From Desulfonatronovibrio sp. (GTDB taxonomy: Bacteria; Desulfobacterota; Desulfovibrionia; Desulfovibrionales; Desulfonatronovibrionaceae): a DNA stretch of 64,000 bases. The position numbers and the translations under genes were made by a program. The notes under the pieces are model-generated. The model was not told the origin of the DNA, made no database searches, and worked only from the letters and a program-made list of their open reading frames with translations. The DNA lies in NCBI GenBank assembly GCA_003557865.1, contig PWNK01000013.1, positions 4,307-68,306 of the forward strand, in the 5' to 3' direction. This document shows positions 50,094-58,456 of the stretch, in pieces; position 1 is the stretch's first letter; every line of letters begins with the position of its first letter.

Positions 50094-51164
50094 TCAAATA
50101 GTTATATGGTCTTGCCTGCTGACCTTTGCCTGGTCAAAGGTGGCCATTTCATTAAAGATTGCCGCGGCACATTTCAGAATAAAAAAGGCAATTGCCGCGC
50201 CTGTCCCCTCTCCCAGACGCATACCCATATCAAGTATCGGCCTGGCCCCTATGGTTTTCATGGCCAGAGCATGTCCCTTTTCAGCGGACAGGTGAGAAAA
50301 AAAACAATAATCCCGAACAAAGGGGTTCATTTTCCAGGCGCAGACGTATGCAGCCCCGGAAATAAAACCATCAATTACAACGTTCATTCTATTTGCGGCC
50401 CCTCCAAGTATAATCCCGGCCAGACAGGCAATCTCAAGTCCACCCAGGGCGGCCAGGATTTTCCGGGGATCCCCGCTTTCAACCGCACTCCGGTTCTTTT
50501 CAAGGGCAAGGGCGATGACTGCCGCCTTTTTCCTGATGCCCCGGGCATCAAGGCCTGTTCCCGCTCCTGCCAGATCCAGGGGCTCAAGGTTCAGGAAGGC
50601 GCAGTACAGGGCCGTGGACGAAGTGGTGTTCCCTATGCCCATTTCACCGGTGCACAGGGTTTTGATTCCCCTGAGGCTGGCCTTCTCGGCCAGCTCAACC
50701 CCCATTTCCAGGGCCTGAAGGCAAATGTCGTCCTCCATCGCCGGACCTGCGGATAAATCTTTTGTTCCGGGCCTGATTTTCCTGCTGATGAGCTGTTCAT
50801 GGCTCAAAAAATCATCACCCGAGACCCCTGCGTCAACCACCTTCAATTCCAGTCCGGCTTTTCTGGCAAGCACATTTACTGCTGCCCCGCCAGCCAGATA
50901 ATTCATGACCATCTGCCTGGTCACTTCCCGGGGATACAGGCTGACCCCTGCTGCAGCCACTCCGTGATCAGCCGCACATGTGTACAACAGACCCGGTTCA
51001 ACCACGGGCTTGTTTCCTTTATTGACGGCATAAAGGCTGGCCGCGATTTCTTCAAGCCTGCCAAGGCTTCCCCGGGGTTTGGTCAGATTGTCAAGGTGCT
51101 CTCTGGCCTTGGTCAGCAGATCCCTTTCAACCGGAATGATTGCTCTTATGACCTTTTCAAGCAT
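50094..51164 (-). CDS. cobT: Nicotinate-nucleotide:dimethylbenzimidazole phosphoribosyltransferase
   Basis: LTKPRGSLGRLE, ADHGV, GEMGIGNTT, GGLEIA, DGFI, MRLGEGTGA. Confidence 0.96.
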   Translation of the reverse strand: MLEKVIRAIIPVERDLLTKAREHLDNLTKPRGSLGRLEEIAASLYAVNKGNKPVVEPGLLYTCAADHGVAAAGVSLYPREVTRQMVMNYLAGGAAVNVLARKAGLELKVVDAGVSGDDFLSHEQLISRKIRPGTKDLSAGPAMEDDICLQALEMGVELAEKASLRGIKTLCTGEMGIGNTTSSTALYCAFLNLEPLDLAGAGTGLDARGIRKKAAVIALALEKNRSAVESGDPRKILAALGGLEIACLAGIILGGAANRMNVVIDGFISGAAYVCAWKMNPFVRDYCFFSHLSAEKGHALAMKTIGARPILDMGMRLGEGTGAAIAFFILKCAAAIFNEMATFDQAKVSRQDHITI

Positions 51165-51296
51165 AAACCTGTTTACATCTCCTAAAAAAGGATATTGACC
51201 GTCTGTCCAGATGACCATTTGAAAATATGTCCACTATGTACTAAAGTTAATTAGATTGTATCATTTAAACTGTAAACCCCAAAAGGAGACAGGAAC

Positions 51297-51713
51297 ATGA
51301 AAAGCTACCGTCAGGAACTGTGGATGAACGTTCCAAGCAGAATGGATTTTGTGAACATCACCGGCCAGGTGCAGCAGGCAGTAGAAAAAAGCGAGGTAAC
51401 AGAAGGTTTTGTCCTGGTGAACGCCATGCATATTACTGCCAGCGTGTTCATCAACGATGATGAGTCAGGACTGCACCATGACTATAAAATATGGCTGGAA
51501 AAGCTCGCTCCTCATGAACCGGTATCAGGCTACCGGCATAACGTCGGCGAAGATAACGCGGATGCCCATATGAAAAGACAGATCATGGGCCGGGAAGTGG
51601 TTGTGGCCATAACCGACGGCCGTCTTGACCTGGGAACCTGGGAAAGAATATTTTACGGTGAATTTGATGGGCGCAGGAAAAAGCGTGTCCTGATCAAGAT
51701 AATCGGGGATTGA
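51297..51713 (+). CDS. YjbQ/UPF0047 family protein
   Basis: [31 protein letters not shown]. Confidence 0.93.
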   Translation: MKSYRQELWMNVPSRMDFVNITGQVQQAVEKSEVTEGFVLVNAMHITASVFINDDESGLHHDYKIWLEKLAPHEPVSGYRHNVGEDNADAHMKRQIMGREVVVAITDGRLDLGTWERIFYGEFDGRRKKRVLIKIIGD

Positions 51714-51735
51714 TATCTATTAAACCAGCCTGGAA

Positions 51736-52341
51736 TTAAAGAAAGTATTCCAGGGTGGACATGATTAACGCCGCAGACAGGGGCACCGCAAAATTATCAT
51801 TGAACGGTCCGGGCATTGCCTCCACCAGGCAGGCGCCAAGGCAGGCCAGGGCAGCGGCTGTAAAGCTCACTCCAGGAAAGATGAACACGACCAGCAGGGC
51901 TGAACCCAGAAAGGCCAGAGACCCCTCCACTGTCTTATCCCCTTTCCTCCAGAAGAGTCGTCCGTAGCGCCGTCCCACCAGGGCGGCTGCCCCGTCTCCG
52001 ACAATAAACAGAGCCAGGGCGCACGCGGCCAGGTGCTTCGGAAAAGCCAGGGCCAGGATAAAAGCCGAGATCAGCATCCAGCTGGACCCTGTAAAAACCA
52101 CCCTGCTGCCGGTAACGGCTTTTTCCCTTGAGCGCATCAGCAGGCCGAATACCTTGACAACCCAGGCATTGACTGCAGGCAGGCGGGCCCTGATGATATC
52201 CATCCCTGTGCAAGCTGCCGCAGCAGTTCCCAGGACAAGCAGGGTCTGATTTCTCTCCAGCAGAAGCATTCCCAGAGGAATGACAAGGGCCGACAAGTGA
52301 AGTGCCTTGCGCAGAAGCTCGAATCTGTAAGGCAGAAGCAT
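51736..52341 (-). CDS. Phytol/dolichol kinase-cytidylyltransferase family membrane protein
   Basis: RKALH, GDGAAALVG, KTVEGSLAF, NDNFAVP. Confidence 0.85.
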   Translation of the reverse strand: MLLPYRFELLRKALHLSALVIPLGMLLLERNQTLLVLGTAAAACTGMDIIRARLPAVNAWVVKVFGLLMRSREKAVTGSRVVFTGSSWMLISAFILALAFPKHLAACALALFIVGDGAAALVGRRYGRLFWRKGDKTVEGSLAFLGSALLVVFIFPGVSFTAAALACLGACLVEAMPGPFNDNFAVPLSAALIMSTLEYFL

Positions 52342-52429
52342 TACTTCAACCCGGGTTGACTGGAGATGACCACGTGTCAATAGCCATGCAGAATCACCAC
52401 TCAGCTTGTAAAACAGTGTTAAAGCTTAA

Positions 52430-52505
52430 GTATCAATTCACCAAAATTATTGATTAACCTCAGCGTTAAAGGCCTTCCTGGGGCAAGGCTATGGTGAATA
52501 GATAT
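52430..52505. mobile_element. Short, internally deleted or empty copy F of the shell-3 element
   Basis: GTATCAATTCACCAAAATTATTGATTAACCTCAGCGTTAAAGGCCTTCCTGGGG-CAAGGCTATGGTGAATAGATAT matches both ends of 29902..30169. Confidence 0.78.
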
Positions 52506-52859
52506 AAAATAAACAGGTTAAACCGGTAATCCATACTGAAATAAAAAAATTCCTGACTATGGTCATCACCAGATGATCCAAGAGAGCTTTTGACCTTTAA
52601 GTGCTTAAAAAACATCCGGATCACAGATAAGTCTGGTTTCCATGGCCTGATCCCTCTCCGGGGAATTATTATCAGCCTTGTTGACACAAACCCGTGCAAA
52701 GACTATTTAACCCCACGTTGAAATGCAACCTGTTTGATCTGCAGCATGATTTACAGCCCGGAGATGAGCACTATTCAATGGAATTTCATACTATCTTGAA
52801 AGTCAAAAATTCTTTAGCAAGGCATTGTAGTTACTAACAATTTAATTAATTCTAAATGT

Positions 52860-52877
52860 CTGGCACTTTGCCAGCTT
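52860..52877 (+). promoter_or_regulatory. Possible sigma54 promoter upstream of the RND operon
   Basis: CTGGCACTTTGCCAGC fits GG-N10-GC with TGGCAC, but the -12 TT is not conserved. Confidence 0.3.
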
Positions 52878-52998
52878 TAACTGCCTAATATTTTGCCTTT
52901 ATCCTTTTAACATTTATCTTTTCACTCTCAAAAAATTTTTATGACCCATGAGCATCATCACAGTATCCCTGTGAACTGTTCTAATCATTCAACCCTGG

Positions 52999-54075
52999 AT
53001 GTTCAACATGCCTGCCTTTTTGAAAAAATTTCAGCCGCCGGTGGAAGTAAGCCTGCTTTTCTGTCTCCTGTGCGCTTTATTTCTGGGTGCGTGCTCCAAT
53101 CAGACCAGCGAAGCCAACCCCGTTGACTCATCCCAGCCCAGGATGGTCAATGTCATTGTCCAGGAAATCATCCCGGTGACTGTTCATGATATTGTTTTAC
53201 TCCCCGGGGTGGCTCATGCCTGGAAGGAAGTCCGTCTGGCCGCGGAAACATCCGGGAGGGTGGAAAAACTGCTGGCGCGGGAAGGAAACGAGGTCAGCAA
53301 AGACCAGGTCCTGGCGCATATTGACGTTACCCCTCTAGGAGCCCAATTGACCAGAGCCGGGGCCGCCTTTGAACTGCTGGAGGAGCAGCTGCGCCGGCGT
53401 GAAAACCTTTTTCGGGAAAAAATCATTTCCGAAGAAGAACTGGACAGGGTCCGGGTGGAAAAAGTTCACGCCCGTGAAGTTCTGCGCCAGGCCGAAATTG
53501 AATTCAACCGCGGTCTGGTTCGCTCCCCGGGCAGGGCAAAGATCAACAGCCTGCTCATTGAAGCCGGGGAATTCGTGGATCGAGGGCAGGTCATGATGGA
53601 ACTGGTCAATACCGAAAAAATCAAATTCCAGGTCCAGGTCCCGGAAATGGACGTCCGTTTCCTGAATACGGGTCAGCAGGCCCGGGTCATGGTGGACGCC
53701 CATGATGAGCGTATTTTTACGGGAACCGTTGACTTTATATCCTTTAAGGCTGAACCGGCCACCAATACCTTTCGCACCCAGGTTGTGGTTGACAATTCTC
53801 AGGGTCTCATCCGCCCGGGAATGATTGCCAGGGTGGCTTTTGAACGTCGGATAATTCCCGAGGCCATTGCTGTTCCCCTGTCCGCGCTCATCGACAGGGG
53901 CGGAGAGCGCCTGGTCTATGTGGAAGAAGAGGGCACAGCCAGGGCCAGGCAGGTCAGCATCGGGGTCATTGAGCGGGACAGGGTCCAGATCACCCGGGGG
54001 CTGAACCCCGGAGACAGACTGATCGTTGCCGGGCATCGTGAGGTTGAGGAAGGAACACTGGTGCTTGTTCAATGA
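52999..54075 (+). CDS. RND efflux periplasmic adaptor (MFP), lipoprotein
   Basis: Lipobox LGAC, ETSGRV, IRPGMIA, GLNPGDRLIVAG. Confidence 0.92.
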   Translation: MFNMPAFLKKFQPPVEVSLLFCLLCALFLGACSNQTSEANPVDSSQPRMVNVIVQEIIPVTVHDIVLLPGVAHAWKEVRLAAETSGRVEKLLAREGNEVSKDQVLAHIDVTPLGAQLTRAGAAFELLEEQLRRRENLFREKIISEEELDRVRVEKVHAREVLRQAEIEFNRGLVRSPGRAKINSLLIEAGEFVDRGQVMMELVNTEKIKFQVQVPEMDVRFLNTGQQARVMVDAHDERIFTGTVDFISFKAEPATNTFRTQVVVDNSQGLIRPGMIARVAFERRIIPEAIAVPLSALIDRGGERLVYVEEEGTARARQVSIGVIERDRVQITRGLNPGDRLIVAGHREVEEGTLVLVQ

Positions 54076-57000
54076 TCATCAACCAGTGGGCCTTGCGCCG
54101 CCAGGCATCGGTTCTGACCCTGCTGGTCATTCTGGTAATCGTCGGTGTTTACTCCTACCTGACTCTTCCCAGGGAATCCTTCCCGGACATCACTATTCCC
54201 TACGTATTTGTAACCACCAGCTATGAGGGGGTCTCCCCTGAAGACATGGAAACCCTGATTACCATGCCCATTGAGCGCAAACTCAAGGGCCTGGCCGGGG
54301 TTGAGGAAATCAGGGCCAGCTCCTCTGAGGGACTGTCCACAGTAGCCGTAAAATTTCTGCCCTCAGTGGATATTGATGACGCCCTGCAGAAAGTGCGGGT
54401 CAAGGTGGACCAGGCCAAGGCTGATCTCCCGGCAGAGCTGGAAGACGATCCTGTGGTTGAAGAGGTCAATTTTTCTGACATTCCGGTCATAAGGGTGGTT
54501 CTTTCAGGTCCTTATTCACTGGCCAGGCTCAAGACCTGGGCCGAAGAAATCAAAGATCAGATAGAAACCATTCCCGGCGTCCTGAATGTCCTGGAGAGCG
54601 GAGGTCTTGAGCGCGAAATACGGGTGGAATTCGATCTGGACCGCATCCGGGCTTACAACGTCCCGTTTTCCAGCATGATCCAGGCCGTGACTCAAAGCAA
54701 TGTCAACATGCCCAGCGGAAGCATGGATATCGGACAGACGCGCTACCTGGTCCGCGTCCCGGAAGATTTCAGGCATCCTTCAGAAATATATTCCATTGTG
54801 GCCTTTGTCCGGGACGGACAGCCCGTGTATCTGCGGGATGTGGCCACGATCCGGGACATGCACAAGGATCCCCTGACCAGGAGCAGGATTAACGGCAGGC
54901 CAAGCGTTACCCTGTCTGTACAGAAACGCAGTGGAGAAAACATTGTCCGCATCTGCGATGAAGTCCGCGCGGTGGTGGATGAAGCCAGGCCTCTGCTTCC
55001 AGGAGATCTGCAGCTGGACATCACCTCGGACATGTCCAAAAATGTCCGGCTCATTGTCTCTGAACTGGAAAACAACATTCTTTCCGGATTGATCCTGGTG
55101 CTGACGGTCATCCTGGTGTTCATCGGCGGTCGCTCGGCCGTGTTCGTGGCCCTGGCCATTCCCTATTCCATGTTCATTGCCTTTGGCCTGCTGTCCGGGA
55201 TGGGCATCACCCTGAACATGGTGGTCCTTTTTTCTCTGATCCTGGCCCTGGGCATGCTGGTGGACAACGGAATCGTCATTGTTGAAAATATCTACCGCCA
55301 CATGCAGGACGGCCGGCCCAGAGAAACTGCAGCGCGCACCGGGACCGACCAGGTTGCCTGGCCCGTGATCACCGCCACCCTGACCACCCTGGCCGCTTTC
55401 ATCCCCATGCTCTTCTGGCCCGGAATCGTGGGGGAGTTCATGAAATTCATGCCCAAAACCCTGATCATGGTCCTCTCGGCCTCTCTGTTTGTAGCCCTGG
55501 TGGTCAATCCGGTTCTTTCGGCCAGGTACCAGTCGGTTCGAAAAAGCGTTCCTGCAGATCCTGACCAGCCCCAGGGTCAGGCCTTGATAAAACGGGGTTA
55601 CCTGCATGTTCTCAAGTGGTCCCTGAATCATAGGCTGGTTGTCCTGGCAGCCGCTGCTCTGCTTTTTATGGCTTCAGCAGGAGGCTTTGCCATCTGGGGC
55701 AAAGGAGTGGAATTTTTCCCGGAAACAGATCCCAACCGGGCTTTCGTCCATATCCGCGCCCCTGAAGGGACCAGCCTGGATGCTTCTGACAAGCTGGTTG
55801 CCCAGGTGGAGTCAATTGTCATGGAGTACGAAGATATTGAACACGTTATTGCCAATATCGGCTCCGCGGGCGGAGATCCTTTTGCCGCCGGGGGCCCTGG
55901 CACCCACCTGAGCAGGGTGATCCTGGATTTCAAGGATTTTCACCAGCGCTCCAGATCTTCAACAGAAACAGTGGATGAAATCAGGGCAAGGGTTTTGGCG
56001 GCCATTGCCGGTGCCGAACTGCAGGTGGAAAAGGAAGAAGGTGGCCCTCCCACCGGTCCCCCGGTGAATATGGAAATCACAGGAAGGGACATTCTGGTTC
56101 TCGGAGAGCTGGCGGCTCAGGTACGCAGGACCATACGTGATATTCCAGGACTGGTGGATCTTAAAGACAATTTTGTACATGGAAAACCGGAAATCAGGAT
56201 CAACGTGGACAAGGAAAAGGCCGCTCTCCTGGGTCTGGACACCTATACAATCGCTTATACCGTCAAGGCGGCCATTGGTGGAGTAAGGGTGGGAGTGCTG
56301 CGTGATGACCGGGACGAATACGATATCACGGCCAGGCTTCCCGAGGACGCCAGAAACTCCCTGGAATCGCTCAACAGGCTGACTGTTTCCGGACCCAGAG
56401 GGGAACCCATACCCCTGACCAGCGTGGCCCGGGTTGAGCTGGCCAGCGGTGTCGGGGATATCATGCGCCTGGACCATCGCCGGGTGGTGACGGTTTCGGC
56501 CTCTGTGTCCGGACGGCTGGCCAATGATGTGCTCAAGGATATTGAAAACCGCCTGACCGGGTTTGAATGGCCTCGCGGCTACTCTTACCGGTTCACAGGG
56601 GAGCAGGAGGAGCAGGCCAAGGCCCAGGATTTTCTGAGCAAGGCCTTTATAGCGGTTCTGCTGCTTATTTTTTTGATCCTCATAACCCAGTTCAATTCCA
56701 TCATCCCCGGGCTGATTATTTTAACCTCGGTACTGCTTTCTCTTATCGGCGTATTTTTCGGCCTGCTGGTCACTGGCATGCCCTTTGGAATCATCATGAC
56801 CGGAATCGGGGTGATCAGCCTGGCCGGAGTGGTGGTGAACAACGCCATTGTACTCATAGACTATTACATGCGGCTTATAGGACGGGGCATGGAACCGGTT
56901 CAGGCTCTGCTGAAGGCGGGGATGACCCGCTTCCGACCGGTCATGCTCACCGCCATAACCACCATTTTCGGTCTCATGCCCATGGCCACCGGGATCAGTT

Positions 57001-57200
57001 TTGACTTTAAGAGCCTGTCCTGGAGTATTGGCGGGGAATCGGCCCAGTGGTGGGGGCCCATGGCCGTGGCCGTGGTCTTCGGCCTGGCCGTGGCCACTGT
57101 TTTGACCCTGGTGGTGGTACCTGTGCTCTGCTCCCTTTCCAGGAGCCTGCCCAGGACTGCTCATGGACTTTACGGGGAAAACGAACAGAAAACTGCCTAG
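54072..57200 (+). CDS. RND efflux transporter permease (AcrB/AcrD/AcrF family)
   Basis: LPRESFPDI, GMLVDNGIVIVENI, GVVVNNAIVLID, RFRPVMLTAITT. Confidence 0.95.
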   Translation: MIINQWALRRQASVLTLLVILVIVGVYSYLTLPRESFPDITIPYVFVTTSYEGVSPEDMETLITMPIERKLKGLAGVEEIRASSSEGLSTVAVKFLPSVDIDDALQKVRVKVDQAKADLPAELEDDPVVEEVNFSDIPVIRVVLSGPYSLARLKTWAEEIKDQIETIPGVLNVLESGGLEREIRVEFDLDRIRAYNVPFSSMIQAVTQSNVNMPSGSMDIGQTRYLVRVPEDFRHPSEIYSIVAFVRDGQPVYLRDVATIRDMHKDPLTRSRINGRPSVTLSVQKRSGENIVRICDEVRAVVDEARPLLPGDLQLDITSDMSKNVRLIVSELENNILSGLILVLTVILVFIGGRSAVFVALAIPYSMFIAFGLLSGMGITLNMVVLFSLILALGMLVDNGIVIVENIYRHMQDGRPRETAARTGTDQVAWPVITATLTTLAAFIPMLFWPGIVGEFMKFMPKTLIMVLSASLFVALVVNPVLSARYQSVRKSVPADPDQPQGQALIKRGYLHVLKWSLNHRLVVLAAAALLFMASAGGFAIWGKGVEFFPETDPNRAFVHIRAPEGTSLDASDKLVAQVESIVMEYEDIEHVIANIGSAGGDPFAAGGPGTHLSRVILDFKDFHQRSRSSTETVDEIRARVLAAIAGAELQVEKEEGGPPTGPPVNMEITGRDILVLGELAAQVRRTIRDIPGLVDLKDNFVHGKPEIRINVDKEKAALLGLDTYTIAYTVKAAIGGVRVGVLRDDRDEYDITARLPEDARNSLESLNRLTVSGPRGEPIPLTSVARVELASGVGDIMRLDHRRVVTVSASVSGRLANDVLKDIENRLTGFEWPRGYSYRFTGEQEEQAKAQDFLSKAFIAVLLLIFLILITQFNSIIPGLIILTSVLLSLIGVFFGLLVTGMPFGIIMTGIGVISLAGVVVNNAIVLIDYYMRLIGRGMEPVQALLKAGMTRFRPVMLTAITTIFGLMPMATGISFDFKSLSWSIGGESAQWWGPMAVAVVFGLAVATVLTLVVVPVLCSLSRSLPRTAHGLYGENEQKTA

Positions 57201-57322
57201 CCCCCGGGGTGTGCAGACCTGGATCAGGCAGGCAATCGGAATGGACCACAAGACTTACCGGCCGGTCTTATGACAGGCTTTCGGTACTTATTTGGGCGTA
57301 TCTCTGAAGGCCAATTACCGGC

Positions 57323-58234
57323 TCATAAACTCCTGTCTGAGAATACCACCCGGTTGCGACCCTCCTCCTTGGCCCGGTAAAGCGCCGCATCAGCCGCGCT
57401 CAGGAATCCGTCAACAGTATCCCCTCCTGCATAGGCGGCCACACCAATGCTCACCGTAACAGAGAGCACCCCTGACCTGGTCATTATCCTGGCCTCGGCA
57501 ACAGACCTGCGGATCCGGTCAAACAGGGAGGCTGCTCCCCTGTCGGTTCTCATGGGGGCTATGATCAGAAACTCCTCTCCACCCAGACGGCCTATGGAAT
57601 CATACTCTCTGCAACAACCGGTCAGAATCCGTGCCAGTTCAATCAGAACATCATCTCCTGCCTGGTGACCATAGATATCGTTCACTGCTTTGAACTTGTC
57701 TATATCACACATGCCCACACTGAGAACCTCCAGATGACGTCTGGCCCGCTGCAGCTCGTTGTGCAGCCGGTCGAGAATGGCTTTGTGATTGAGCAGTCCG
57801 GTCAATGGATCATGAGCGGCTTGATATGCCAGGATCTCACGACTTTTGACAAGTTCGTTCTGCAACTCCAACATACGGCATCCCACCTGGACTCTGGCCA
57901 GCAGCTCACCGGAATCAAAGGGCTTGGCCAGGTAGTCATTGGCCCCGGCTTTGAGCCCGGCAATGACCTCTTCCTTTTCCTTCCTGCTGGTAAGCATAAG
58001 GACGTAGGGGGGGCTCTCACTGGGCTGGGAGCGCAGCAGACGCAGAACTTCAGGACCTTCCATACCCGGCATCATCCAGTCCAGAATGACCAGTTCCGGA
58101 GCTTCAGCTTTCTGAAGTTCCTTCCAGGCCTGAACTCCGTCAACGGCTTCAACAGGCTCATATCCTTCTTTTTTCAGTACCGCCGCCAGCATACTCCGGG
58201 TAGTTGAATCATCTTCGGCAATCAAAACCCGCAT
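57323..58234 (-). CDS. Response regulator diguanylate cyclase (REC-GGDEF)
   Basis: AEDD, LDWMMP, DPLTGL, DIDKFK, RxxD I-site (REYD) before GGEEF. Confidence 0.94.
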   Translation of the reverse strand: MRVLIAEDDSTTRSMLAAVLKKEGYEPVEAVDGVQAWKELQKAEAPELVILDWMMPGMEGPEVLRLLRSQPSESPPYVLMLTSRKEKEEVIAGLKAGANDYLAKPFDSGELLARVQVGCRMLELQNELVKSREILAYQAAHDPLTGLLNHKAILDRLHNELQRARRHLEVLSVGMCDIDKFKAVNDIYGHQAGDDVLIELARILTGCCREYDSIGRLGGEEFLIIAPMRTDRGAASLFDRIRRSVAEARIMTRSGVLSVTVSIGVAAYAGGDTVDGFLSAADAALYRAKEEGRNRVVFSDRSL

Positions 58235-58456
58235 GAGGCATATCCTTATAAAAATTTGACCATGGTCAGAGTAAGAGTTAAAGGTTAAGATAAAAAAATC
58301 AGTTGTTTAAGGCTGATATTATTGTCCGGATATTCAGAATCTCAAGGATTGTCTGTAACCACATGACTTTGCTTGAAAACTATAGAATGTCAAGAAACTA
58401 TAGTTTTTACAACAAATCTCAACTCATATCAAAAGTCAAAAAACCTCTCAAAGAAA

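Noticed and set aside
49896-50756. 286-aa + strand ORF spanning element D and antisense to cobT
   Set aside because: Shadow ORF with no recognisable motifs; not a transposase.
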